Source of the DNA: Auanema rhodensis
Taxonomy: Eukaryota > Animalia > Nematoda
Reading direction: 5' to 3'
DNA: 64,000 bases
Assembly (NCBI GenBank): GCA_964057225.1
Contig: OZ059896.1
Coordinates: 9,734,001 to 9,798,000, forward strand
Part shown: positions 26,406 to 40,018 of the stretch, one piece after another
Numbering within the stretch: position 1 is the first letter of the stretch
How the letters are laid out: each line of letters starts with the position of its first letter
The notes under the pieces: generated by a model
The model's database searches: none
What the model saw: the letters and a program-made list of their open reading frames with translations, nothing else
What the model was told of the DNA's origin: nothing
Position numbers and translations under genes: made by a program

Positions 26406-29400
26406 ATGAAACCATCTCGAGATCACGAACAGGATTTCAGTTGTCGTCCTTCTACATCTACACAAAGGTTAGTAAAAGTCTTCGGTTTATATATTAACGT
26501 ATTTGTATATTTCAGCTTTGATGAACATTTTCATAACGATGAGTTTAATATCAGGTTTGTAATTTTATTGTTTTTTCATCATTAAAAATAATTTAGTGAA
26601 AAACCTGAAAACTCTCCGAAAAGGGCACATAAGGTTATTCATTCCACCCCAATCAAACTATTGAAGTCCAGGTTTTTATTTATTGTTTGTAAATTTAAAA
26701 TATTAAACTTTTAGAATGCCTGCAGAGTTATTAGAGGGAGCCAATGATGAAGAAATTGTAAAAATGTGGAAACAAATGGATGAAAAGTTAGAACGGAATG
26801 CTAGACAGCACAATTTATCAGCTTTTAATGTTAAAAGCATTCTTCATGTAAGTATTTCGTTGAATATTCGAATAAATATATAATAGCTTTAGCATTTCAT
26901 TAAAAATCCTTCAACTTTGTCCATGTTTATGGGTATTGCTGATGGAGAAACAAATACAGGTTTGCCATCAGTTAAAATAACAAGATCAAAAGTGAAAAAA
27001 GATGAAACGGTAAAAATATATCTTATAAGTAAACTTAATAAGAGCTTTTGTAGAATACTAAGGAACTTAAACTTCGACCTGTCAATACCAATTTAGAATC
27101 GAAAAGGCCTCATTCATTTTTAGATTTATCATATGATGATGAAGAAGGTGATTAGCCATTTAAAACCATGATTATATATATTTTTTAGATGACGAGGATT
27201 ATCAACCTTCCGAATCAACAAATGATGAAGCTGCTGCTGTAACTATTTATTTTATATATTTTATTTTTGTGCCTATTACAGAGTGAAATAGACGAAACAT
27301 CTTTGGAAGGAGAAATTGCTGATGTTCATGAAGAATCTTTTTTAAATCGTACTTTAACGGATGATCAGTTTGTGATAGATTTAGATAATGTATCTTCGTT
27401 AAGAATATATTCATTCAACTAAATGCGCTTTTAGGAAAAAGGTTATGAATTACGTTCTCGAACTTCTAATTTAAATGATGCTGCAATTCATGATGAATTA
27501 GCTGATAGTAATAATGAAATAATTATGACAAGAGAAGCTGATGTATGTTTTGATTTTGCCTTTTCATATCAATGCCTTGATTTAAGGTTTTTTCTAATGT
27601 GGACGACTGTTATAGAGAGTTTTTGTATGGTCTTCAAGAGACAGATACGAAGCACGGTAATATTTCGAACAAAAAGTTATAAAAACAAAGTAGTTACAGA
27701 TAACAATTTGGACATTGGAGACGATGATGATACAGATTATAATCCTCAAGAAGATTTAGAACTTGAGGAAGAAATTGTAGATAAAGAAGAAGTTATGGTG
27801 AATCGGTTCACAGAAATTCCAAGTATGTACGATATTTAAAATTAAATTTTTATGAAGTAATATTCAGGGAGAGAAGTTGAGGGTATGTTTCGTGATTTGT
27901 TGGACGATCGGACAATTCAAGAAACTATCCCATCCTTAATGCCGTTGAATGCTTCTAAACAACCAAACAACCTTATTCAACGGGCAGAAAGCAAACCTAG
28001 AGTAAGTTATTATTTACATTTTAGTTAAATTCTATTGTTTAAGGTAAGAAGAAGACCAGATTTTGTAAAAACTGCAGATGTTCCTATTTATAATGATTCT
28101 TGTACTCTTTTAAACGGTATTATTCTAAATATTTCAAGTGATACTTACTTCGAATTTGTTTTAGATAAAATTTCTGTATATTTCCGAGCTTGTGAATATG
28201 ATCAACTTCAAATACAATTAGAACAGGTTTGTTATTTTTTATTGATGATGAATGTAAAATTTTTAATACCTTTGTTCAGCATGTACAATTATTAACTCAA
28301 GGTGTTGTATTATGTAATCATGATCCTAGTTTATATTCAGTTAAAGATAGGTTTCAAACTATGATCGTAAGTTAAACTGAATTCTATTTGTTTAACTTAA
28401 TTAATTTTAGAATGATATAGATAGTAAATTTTATGAATTCGGATCTAATTCATTTTTTAATATTTCAAATCTTGAAGGGTCTATCAAAACATGTCATGAT
28501 ATCTTAAAGGTTTCCATATTAAAGAAATATATATATAATGTCTTTGTCTGTAGATTCGTGAAGTAGCTGCTAGTGATATTAAATGGGCCAACTCTATTTA
28601 TCAAGGTTCTTCAGTTTTTTATTTTCAATTAACTTTTTTTTTCAGGATTTTTTCCTAGGCCTGAAGCTTGCTTAGCTATGTCTCGTAGCGAAGCTATATT
28701 ATATCCCAAACTGATTCCTATACTTCAACCTACTTTTGGCTTAGGATGCACTCCATTTTTCTCACCAAATGATGACCTTTTACTCGCCCTAGGACTAATG
28801 CAATTTGGACATGTACCTAACTCTACTCGAAGAGATTACGCCGGACGGTTTCTTTTTTTCATATATAGTAAGAGAAGAATGTCATTTTCAGTTATTATTT
28901 AATCGCTAAGCATATCTTAAAAAGTAAATCAACTTGTCAAATCAGAAACCATTTGAAAAATGTGCGAATTCGCAGTGATGGTAATGTTTTATATAAAATA
29001 ATTGTGGTATGTTAAAATATATTTAGCATTGAATTTAAAAGATATTTAAAGGAATCTGAAGATGGTTATCCCAATCTTACAATAAGTTCTGCTTTCAATG
29101 ATAAGTTTGAAGGGACCATGATGTCATGGCCCGCGGATGCTCGGCCAATATGGTTTGAAGTGATCTTTTTATCTTTTAAGCTTTGAAGTTATTCATCAAT
29201 TTCTAGATGTTTTGGAATACTTTTGAATTGGAATCAGAAAATGTTTTAAGCAAAATTTTTCCGAAGCCCATGCCTGAAGTTCCTAAACAAAAAGGAAAAA
29301 AAAACGGTTCAACGGAAAAGAAATCAAGAGCATCATCTCGAGGATCAAGACTAGAAACACCGGTATATTTTTTTTTTATCATACACGTTTTTTTTAATTT

Positions 29401-32400
29401 TAAATTTCAGTCTCCGCTTGTTCAATCTAAATCTGTATCCCCCGCTTCTAATCTTAGTTTGCAGGTTGAATAAAAATTTCATTTATCAAATGTTACTCCA
29501 TATATATTACAGTCGCATACCCCTGGCAAATGTGTACCTATATCTATGCCATCAAGTGGAGCACTTCTTGTTGGATCTCCTGCAGTGGGATTTCAGCTTA
29601 TAAATCTCTCACAACAGCAAATGTTCTATGTGAGCAATCCCAGTGATCCTATTGAGATACCGATAGGAGAATTAATGGTTTTTTTCTTCAGTGGTTTCAA
29701 ATTTCTGATCTTAATTTTCAGCCTGAAGATCAATCTGTTAAAGATCAGCTGGAGATGTCTTTGACTCCAGTTCCTTCTCCAGATCCCCAAAGTTCCACAT
29801 CGTGTCATTCTGAGAAACAACAGAAGGTATTGTTTCATTCCAAATATTTTTCTATATGTTTAATTAACAGAAAACTAAGTCTGCTACTAAGCAGTCGACT
29901 AGTTCTAGAAAAAGAGTGCAAGCTGCCAAAAAGGAAAAATCTCCTCCAACCAAACGAAGAAAGCTTGTTAATGAACCTTCTGTTCGTATAACAAGAAGTC
30001 GAGCAAAAAGGGAAATATCTCCTATAGCGAAGGAAAAAGAAATCTTGTCGGAACCATCATCTCGCTGTTCATCTCGCAGAAAACGAAACGATGACGAATT
30101 ATTGAAAGTAGAAGAAAAAAATGACATTACACCATCGTCGGATCAGATCATTGAAGAGGAAATCCCGGTTACCCCTCTAATTTCTGAATCGAGAGCTATT
30201 TCTTCTCAATCTGAGAATTCGGATGTCCTGCCAAGAGCGAATTCTCTGGCTTCCGGAACAATATCTATATGTAGCAATATATCTGGAAAACATAATGACA
30301 GTGTCTGTTCGAAGCACAGTTCGCCGGTTTGTATTTCTGAACTGTTAGTATTTATTATTTTACTCAGACTCATTCCTCAGCAGAAATGGATGATTCAAGA
30401 AATTTATCAAGCTGTAATGGATATGATTATTCAGGTTTCGTGTTACCTCCATCATTTCAATGTGGAAGAAATGCTATGGTATATTGGAAATTTCTTTCAT
30501 TCTTACTGTACATTTTTTCAGAATTCGTGCATTCCCAAAACACCAGTTCCAAGAACTCCTTCAGATTCTTCTCCTATTCCTTCTCCTATGCATTTGTCAG
30601 TGACAAAATCAGAAATATGCGAAAATACAGTAGTTTTATGAAATAAATTTAACTTATTATTTATCCTGCAATTTAGATAATTCCATTGACTCCTCGTGAC
30701 GACGGGTATTCTCAAAGTCCTTCTATACCTATCACTCAAATGATGCAAGCACGTGCAATTACAGAACCAACGGAAACTTCTCAAGCTGTGCGGTCTCTTT
30801 TCAATCAAGTTTGTAATTTAATGCAATCCATGTACCAGTCTAATGTATTAGGCGGACTCCGATTCATCGACTTCTTCAAAAGAAAATTATTATGAAGTTC
30901 CTCGTCAAACTACGTTTTCTACTTCATTTTCATTAATAGCTGCAGAAATTCCGGATCCCATCCCTAGTACTTCATCGAACATGGAGAGTGAGCTTAAAGA
31001 AGATAAGAAAACTGTATGTAATTCTTTTTAATATTTGGATATATTTTTGTGTTTAGGGCGATGAAGATGAATATGAATGTGAAGACATTCGTGTAGCAGG
31101 AAGTTCTCAATTGAATGTCGAGGATATTCCAAAAAGGGGCAAAAAGCGGACAAGAGAAGAGAAGGTATTTCTAGTAATTGCATTGTTACGTTTTCAACTG
31201 CTTAATGTAGAACACTGATGGAAAATTGGGTATGTCAAACGATGCTTATCGCATTCGGCAGGAATGTTCATTAGCAAAAAAAATAGCTTTTGATGTAAAG
31301 CAAAGACTTTCGATGCACAATGAAGTTTATTCACAAGTTCAAAAAATTATGAGCTCATTATCATCTCAAGCTATGGTATATTTTATAAGTTTATTATCAT
31401 TACTTATGACGATTAATTTATAGAAAATGGAACAACTTGAAGAGCTGTTATATCCAGATCATGTTGATGCATTGTGTCTTCTTACGGTACTGGTCGACAA
31501 CGATGCTTTATCCAAAAAATTGCTGTTATGTCCGCTTAGAAGAAGTTATAGAGCAGCTTTCAATATTCTTCTAGCCATCGAGGTAATCGAACAGTTTTGA
31601 AACAAACTTAGTTTTTCTTTTAGTCATATGCCACTCATGTACGTTTAAAGCCAACTGCCAAAAACTTGTTTAAAACGCTCACTAAAATTGGTAAATATCT
31701 AATATATTTATTAAAGCATTTGTTTGATACCTTATTAAGGACCTTTCACTTCTGATGATGTTTATCCTATATTGAAAGATATGATAGGTAATGAAAAGCC
31801 ATTGTGGTCATATCTTAAGAAATTCTCACCTTTACCCTATGAAGAAGAGTAAGTTATTTTCTGTTTTGTTGAACATTTCAGTATTTAATTTTAAACATGT
31901 GACCTGACTTTTTGTTTCTTTCTATAACCATGTGCACTTAGATCTCTGATAACTGACTATGAGTTCGTCGATCTAACGAAAGATGATATAACTACGAAAG
32001 ATATGCATTATGAGGTTATATCAAGTTTGGATGCTATTTTAGGAGGAACTCCGTGTAAAAAAGGAAATAAAATCCAGGTATTCTATTGGAACCTAATAAT
32101 TTTTACTATTCTGCTCTAGGTTAACGGCGAACATCTTTTTGGTCAGCATGGAAGTGTATATGTTCCGGTAAATGTGAAGTTTACTTCTTGCAAAAAACAG
32201 GAAGTAATTATTTGCATTCTTGCATGTAATTCATGTTTGAGATTTTAGACTAAACTTTCCTCGAGTGATGTTATATCTAGTACTTTGAGTGAACCTCAAA
32301 ATGAAGAAGAACAGCCGTTATGGACAAGATCTGAAGATTTATCTATTCTCACTACATTCACAGGCTTAGACTGTGATGAGAACGCAGCTCTACAAGAATT

Positions 32401-32470
32401 AAGTAAAGTAATGTCATATTCCGAAGAACATATCAAGTCAAGACTTCACTTTTTACTTTCTTTTGTCTAA
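26406..32470 (+). CDS. gon-4: GON-4 / GON4L-like nuclear protein, many short introns
   Basis: MDEKLERNARQHNLSAFNVKSILH/HFIKNP matches the conserved GON4L N-terminal block. Also acidic DDDDTDYNP...EEVMVNRFTEIP motif, FSPNDDLLLALGL, a PAH-like helical region near 31.3-31.5 kb, and a C-terminal Myb/SANT-like WTRSEDLSILTTF...HIKSRLHFLLSFV*. Confidence 0.85.
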
Positions 32471-32840
32471 TTGGGTATTCTTATCAGCAATGTTGTAAAT
32501 ATTGTACATAACTTCATATCATGCATCCTGCTCAATCACTTTAATTCCATAATAAATCTAAAATTATGATTAAAAAATTAATTGTGTCGCTTCCATTTTT
32601 AATGTTTATTTCTCGCGGTTATGAGAGATAATAGACAATAACATAAAATAAACAATTATTTTTAAAAATTAGTGGAGATATTTGGAAGAAATATTTTGTT
32701 TCAAACAGATTTTCTAACCTATATAAAAATGTTGCACATCTATGATCAATTCAAGAAACTGAGTATTCTGGAACGGTGTCATAATACACAAAAATGAAAA
32801 GTGTGTGTTGCTGGTGATACTTCATTTCTTCTGATTCTGC

Positions 32841-33414
32841 TTAAATTTCTTTTTCAGAATTCGTTATTTGATGCTTTGAGGAAGTAGTTGTAGCTGATTG
32901 AGCATTGCCACCATTTTGACCATCTTGACCTATAACACAAATATCAAAGAATGAAACAGAAGTATAAAGTCTTGCCGATTGGCCTCATAAACTTTTTTGC
33001 AGACTTCATATTTCTGGAAAAGTTTTGTTTCAGTCTTTTCTCTAGTTCGTCTTTGACTGGACTATCTTTCTTTTCTTCAGATGAGTTGTTTGACTTTGCA
33101 AGCTTCACCAATAAGTCTTCAAGATTCGGTTCGGGGAATTTTTTCATTGCACGTGCAGCTTCTTCAATCTCGCTGGGTGTCATTTCTAAGAGAATTCTGA
33201 GAGGAGTATTTTTAAATATAAGGAAATCGTTTTCTTTTTGGTATATGAATAATCCAATATAATCATTGGCTTTCATCTCAGCAGCCTGAGCAGATGTCAA
33301 TTTCTGCATTTTCCCGGTCGTTACATGAAACAGATTTTGCAATATTATGGAATCTGTATCAGCTGCGGTCAGATTCAAAGTAGCAATTGCAATAAGGAAT
33401 ATGGCGATAAGCAT
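32841..33414 (-). CDS. Putative ~175 aa secreted protein of unknown family; 2 exons (33414-32976, 32929-32841) joined by a GC-AG intron
   Basis: ttcttag acceptor then MLIAIFLIAIATLNLTAA signal-like segment; long open exon; G|gcaaga...tatag|GT junction gives ...RPIGQDGQNGGNAQSATTTSSKHQITNSEKEI*. Confidence 0.7.
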
Positions 33415-34163
33415 GGTTATAATTACAGCCAAATTTTCTAAGAAAAGAAAATTACAAAGCTTATAACAACGAAATTAAGAAAGATCAAGAAATCAGAAAT
33501 TTTCAAAAGTCATAGACCATTCACGTGTATTTTTATAGAAATCTTTCATTTTAGGAAGACCAATTAGAAAATTTCGCACAATAATTGTGTCTAGTATTCG
33601 TACTTTCTAAATAGTTACCAAAATACGGTAAAATGAATAGAAATGGAAATTTTTATAAGAAGTAACTGCCTATAGTGAAAATATATCCTCGAAATCAGTT
33701 GGGCAAAGTGTAAATGTCAGTTGTTTATAATTGAAAAAACGTCTACGAAGACGTAGATAAACGGTTGTAATAGTTGAACTCTTCAGAGAACTAATGTTTT
33801 TATTATAAATAGTATATTGTTCTTCTGTTTACTATACTATAAAGTTCAAAACGTTTATAATACTGAGGTTATTTGAAGCTGTAATCGGAATGTTTTTTTT
33901 AAATTCTATAAGTGCTTATTCTAAACGTTTATTACATTATAAAACAAAAGAAACTGAAAATAAGAACGATAGTAAAATTCAATTTCTTCTGAATTATTAA
34001 AAGGTTGTTGAATCGATATTTTCTTCAGATATAGGAAGCATAATGCCATTAGCGTGAGAGTTCTGGATTCTCTTATTAGAGTGATGTACACAGTAGAAGA
34101 AAAGGAGGACACCGCAACTCCTCCTACGTTGGTTACATTCAGAATTTCAAGTATAACTCTGCC

Positions 34164-34945
34164 ATGGTCCTTTTACTATGTATTCTTTACTTGTTTCATG
34201 CCCACATCTTACAATATGCTCAATCGAATTCATTTTCTGAGTTTGATGAATATAACTTTACCAGTGCTCGATCTCGATTGGAACAGGTAAGAATTCAATT
34301 ATAGATTTTAAAAAATATCAAAAATGATTTCATTTGAAATCAAAACAACGAAACCCAATGAGTAATATTGGTCCATGGTCCTGTTCTTATGACTGTATGG
34401 AATCTACAAAGAATCACAATCCTACAGAACAAGATAGGTGCCTCGAATGGAAGATTTTGACTATGAGGAGCAAAGGAGAAAACTGTATAAACGTGGTAAG
34501 TGAAAGTTTTTAGCGAATGGGTGTGATTATTATTATTAGATTCCAATGGCCTGGATTCAAAATAGAACAGTTGAAGTAATTCAGAAGATGTATTCTGGTG
34601 GGCCAAGAGAAATTTATGAAGAGCTGGTGAAGTTGGGCATTTTTGAGTCAGACTCAGGGAATGAGCCGTTTATTCATAAATTAGAGAGAAACAGCACACT
34701 TGTTGTAAGTTATATCAGCACTTTTATAAATTTAACACATATTTAAGTATATCATGTCTGTTCTACTTATGTTCGTAATTTGCATGGCGATGGCATATTT
34801 TTTTCGTATATTCGTGAAAAGACGAACTCATCAACTACATGGTTATAGAACACAAACTGGTATAAGCTAATTTCCACTAAAATCGCAGTAATATATAATT
34901 GCAGTTACATGTAAAAACAATCAAGAAATCGCTGAACTAGTGTAA
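34164..34945 (+). CDS. Putative small type-I single-pass membrane protein of unknown family; exon 1-2 junction uncertain
   Basis: MVLLLCILYLFHAHILQYAQS...LEQ|gtaag; downstream in-frame exons ...RCLEWKILTMRSKGENCINV/IPMAWIQNRTVE...NSTLV/YIMSVLLMFVICMAMAYFF RIFVKRR.../VTCKNNQEIAELV*; AATAAA at ~34994. Confidence 0.6.
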
Positions 34946-35058
34946 AATGTTGAGCAGAAAAATGTGATGATTGTCATATTTATTGTGAATAGGAATAAAT
35001 TTTTGAAACTATATCGAACAAACAAAAAGTAAAAATGAAAAATTGAACAGATACAACA

Positions 35059-36928
35059 TTAGATATATTTTTTCTCCACACTAGCTACGCTAGTTCTAAA
35101 CTTATGAACAGTGTCCAAAGCTTTTATGAAAAATGAGTAATTTAACTCTTCTAACTGCCCTAATATTTCTTGCAAATTTAGATTTCTCTCCAAAGCCAGG
35201 TGCCACTGAACGTAATTATTTACTACTGATTCGAAAGGATAATATCTAGCATACCGTATCTGCTAATGTACTGATAGCGCAACTTTGAGCAACGATCATA
35301 GATCCAGGAGGAGAGGATTCAATTGAAATCAGATGCCTCCCACATTGAGAGAAGGTTTTCTCAACATCCTCTTTCTACGATGCAATATTATCTATAATTG
35401 AATGACCCTACCTACCTTCAACTGTTTGATATCATTCACAATAACTGTTTCCCAGTGTGAAAAAAATTGACGCATTACTACTGCAGGAAAGATTCCACAC
35501 AATAAACGGCCTATACGAGCAAATGAATCAAAAGGCGGAATCAGATATTGATTGAGATATACGTAGCCGAGTAACTGAATTGAGAATTAAATTTGAAATA
35601 CATATATACTTACGACGTGAATTTCTTTGGCATGAATGTCTGTAAGTAGCAAACGATTTTCATGTGAAACCATGAACAAGTTGATTGATTTCATGGATGA
35701 ATGAGTTTTTATAAGTGCCTATAATTTATTCGACAATGTGCATATGAAAAGCTTTATATACCTTTAACATATCACTAGATTTCTCTAGCATTTCGCGATG
35801 TACGAAATACTCTCTAGGTGATCCTTGCCCAACAGTAATAACCCAGTTCCATCCTAGAGGTTTTTCTCCTTTCAAAATACAATCCAAAACTTTATGGATT
35901 TCAGTATTATTTTGAGAGTGTTCAACTCTGAAATACAGTAATTGAAACGTAAATTAGGAAAACAATATACAAATTTGGGTTGAAGAAGTTGTTTATCTCG
36001 AAATAGACCTTTGGGATATCAATAGTAATGTGAAATGAAACAGAACTGTGTTTTTCAACACATTGTTTTAGATCATTTAAACTTAACAAATTTGATATGA
36101 CAAAGTTCGAGCCTTCTGAAACCATAGGATCTGAAATTATTTCAATAACAGATCTAAAATATCAGATCGTATAAACAATATGATCAACGTTCATACTTAC
36201 ATTCAACAATTTCACCAGAAGGATTTTTGAAGGATACATCGACTCGGTTTGGCTCAGGAGCCTCTTGTGATTTCTCACGGTAATTAAATCCTAAATATAA
36301 TTTAAGGAAACGACGCTTTTATTAACCGATAACCTCCTTTCAAATTCTTCTTATTCAATTGAGAACCCACAGATTTGAGGCTGAATTGGCACAAAGTATC
36401 TTCAAAGATTTTCGTGAAGGTTCAAAAAAAACTTAATCATACTATGCTCATCACTTTTAGTAACCATTAATTCAGCAGAGTAAACCCATAAGACATTATT
36501 AAAATAAACAGGCATAACATTTGCTCGAATGCTGCTTCCTACATCTATTAAGGCCTAGAAAATAAATAAATATTATTATATATTTGAAAAGAAAACTACT
36601 CTCAATCCATTACGATGAAACTTGAAGTCGTAGGAAAATCTGATAAGATTTTTTGCATCCCCTTCGATCGTTTCCAATGATACATTTTTGAAATGATTAT
36701 GATAAGCTGAAAAAAAATGTATGTTAGTTTATTATGAGTAAGAAAGTAACCTATTTCGTCATGAACAAAAAGTTTTTCACCGTTTGATAATCGAATTTCT
36801 CTAGTATCATGAACCTATAAATACTCAGAATCAGAAAATATGCTCTATGGATAGCCAAATATTCATACCTGTTCAGAACTATCATCACTAACTTTTAAGC
36901 CTTTTATAATTTCATTGATGTCAGCCAT
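35059..36928 (-). CDS. Multi-exon protein with a degenerate BTB/POZ-like domain
   Basis: MADINEIIKGLKVSDDSSEQ/VHDTREIRLSNG...; WNWVITVGQGSPREYFVHREMLEKSSDMLK/ALIK...LLLTDIHAKEIHV/LLGYV resembles the BTB pattern (D-V-x-V...F-x-VHR-xx-L-xxx-S...L-x-D-I...LL-x-Y); ends ...SVASVEKKYI*. Confidence 0.7.
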
Positions 36929-37778
36929 TTATCAGCTTATAACTAAAATTAATATAGAAATATGTAATACAAAATATAGAAAATATATAGTTAAAATGCT
37001 AATTTTTTACGTGAATCTTTACGTGAATTTTTGAAAAATTTAAAAATAGCGCGAATATAGCGAAATGAGCAGCAATATTTCAATATAGCATATTATACTA
37101 TATTCTTAATTATATTCCACAATGCTTCATATTCATATTCATATTAAAATAATAATTACAATTAATTTTTTTTAATTTTTAACATACAGGCAGCGTTTTA
37201 TTTCGAACATCACTGCAGATTGTTTTATCATTTTTATATAAAGAATTCATAGTATTATTTGTTGAAACAGGAGTGCTCTATGATGCCCACTTTCACTATT
37301 TTATCTTGAATTATTAATATTAGATCTTTAAGCATTTATTACAGTTTTTTTTAAATGATTATTGTGATTTCAAACATTAGTTTTTCTAGTCTTAACTTCT
37401 CCATATGAAGGAAGTTGTGGCTTTCAAGCTTTTCATTTAACTGGGACCAAACGCAGAAAATGTGACAATATTATTTGCCGCATATATTGTCGTCAGAAAT
37501 TACGAGCTCTAATATTAAATTAACTTTGCTTCATTCGCCAGCCTCTCGAAATACGAAGTATGTTAAAAAAAATTACGTTTAACTAGAATTATCAGATTTA
37601 TCCGAATATCAACATGTATGAATGTCTAGAGTATGCTTCATTATTATATACATTATAATACATTATTAGATGAAAGTTAACAATATATAATATTCATGAC
37701 TTAAACCCAAAAAGTCTTAATATTATTTAGAAAATCATTATAAAAGTTATTTATGACAATAAAATGTATTATGTGTAG

Positions 37779-39173
37779 TTAGTGAATCCTGATACATAAC
37801 AGTGAACAGCCGGCACTTTCATCATACGATCTGAATTGTATGTAATATGTAATATATCTGCAATTTCTACACTTACCCTCCCATGGAAGATGGTGTAACT
37901 GAAACTGTCCTCACACTTGTAGCACTTTTACCCATAATAAATCCTAATATTAATTTTAACGTGTTTCGAATCTGAAGTTATTATTATATTTACAAAAAAA
38001 AATCATGACAAAATAAAAAAAAAAATCACATACCTCTTGGTTACAGAATAAATATACTAAGCTGTTCATAGATGAATTCAAACACACAAAAATACCAACA
38101 ATAATAAAGGATGGTTGAAATTCTACTGAAGTCATATCAATTAAACGAGGTAAAATACGAAAGGACGTCCATTCCAGAAAATGAAATAATGATATGGCAC
38201 AGAATTGTAACGAATACCTAGAAAAGACTCGTGAACTTGAATCATATTAAGTTTAGTTTAATACATAATTTCACGTTTTCTTTGACGTTTGCGAGTCACT
38301 TGATTACCAGCATTCACTAACTTAGTGGATTTCTTGAGATATACAAAAATCTGAATTAAATAATAGTTAAAAGAGATAATTCAAAAATATGTTGTTACAT
38401 AAGTATAACATATTAGAGAAATTATAGAAGAGACACAATTTATAGGCACATTAACAAACAAGTTGGAAGCATTTATATAATCATCTCTCAATTCGTAATT
38501 ATAAGCAAGTAAATGATGATTAAAAAAAATTCTAAAAAAATTAAGAGATTTTTCTATCAAGAAATGATTTACTTACGGGCAACATGGTAGCACGAATGAA
38601 GCTAATACTGAGATTACACCAGCAGTAGGGAATAAACCCAAAGTAATTATACTAACTGTGAAGAAATTAAATATTTCTCTACCAGGGAAGCATACCACAA
38701 CTAATCTGTAATATGCTCTATAGGTTTAAGTATGAAGTATTAAAGCTTATATACCTGTTTAAGGCCATGAAAATTTGAGAAAATGTGACATAAATCCAAG
38801 CAAATTCAAATAAAAATGCAAATAGTTTTCCGAAGGCACCGTATCGTCCACCCGGAAAAATGTAATCCTGAAAATGCTCTGAGAATTCTCAAAAAAAATT
38901 TACTTCCTTACATCAGCTAAAGCACATGGGATGAGGTAGAATAAGAAGGTAGACAACATTATGATGTCAACAAAAATATGTCCAGTTGATATAATATAAA
39001 CAGGTGATTTTCTATAAAAAAAATGGTAAATAACTACTTAGAAGATAAAAAATTATAAACCTTTGAATAATTGCCAGTATGAATACTGCAGTTAATACAA
39101 CAATACATACTATTAAAGCAACTACAAGACATACTGCAAAAGCTACCGATATTTCAAATTTTAATGTTGCCAT
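37779..39173 (-). CDS. Serpentine 7TM chemoreceptor, Srx/Srxa-like, paralog A (may instead stop at 37873 if the last intron is not used)
   Basis: MATLKFEISVAFAVCLVV...; motifs YIISTGHI, YIFPGG, MALNR, LPCCP, EWTSFRILP, NSSMNSLVYL; seven hydrophobic segments. Confidence 0.88.
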
Positions 39174-40018
39174 ACTGCGAAGATGATAGTGAATTGAAAC
39201 TAACTGATATTATCTAAAAAAGTGTTGTTTTCATTTTTTTTTCTTTTTGTTTTACAAGTTATAAATTATAGATGTGCATGTAGTATACATATATACATAT
39301 TAATATAAATTTAGAAGAAAAGGCAGATTATTCAAATCACTTTTCGAAGATTAGACTGTTGAGCTAAGATCAATAATAAGGAAATCAAAATGATACAATA
39401 AAAACCTATTAATCTATTTCAACAACGTTTTAGAAAGTTAGATAACAATATAAGCAAATGAATATTAATATACTAATCATATTGATGTTGTTTTTTTGCG
39501 CGAAATTCAATCAAACATAAATTGGCTCTTCCATAATATACTCCAATAGGATTCATGATTATTTGGTTTTTTCAACTCTTTTCTTTAAAATAAAATTTCT
39601 AATGTCACGTAGTAACATTGTTATAAGCTATATTTTTGATTCAAGCTTGAAGAAGTTAATTGAATTGCTATATTTTCAGGATAGGTGTTATAACTTGTAA
39701 ATATACTTGACTTTAAACTGAATTAATTCCATTTTAATTTATTGTTTATTGATTATCATATGAAATGCTAGACATATTTAGCTCATATGGTACTTTATTT
39801 TATTTTGTCTGGACTTTACAATGTATTGGAACGTCTACATGATATTTAATTTCCTAGAAACACGTTAGATATTTCAAAATTAATATTGGCTATTATTCTT
39901 ATTGCTACGATAGTAACAGAATTTATAATCTTGATAAAATAAGTTTATAATAATATCTAATGTCAAAATGAAAGTTAAATATAAATATAGTATATATGTA
40001 TATACATATATGTATATA

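Noticed and set aside
25830-26406. Possible LIM gene to gon-4 operon
   Set aside because: About 480-550 bp from AATAAA (~25854) to the candidate acceptors is long for a typical SL2 operon; cannot be supported without SL2 data.
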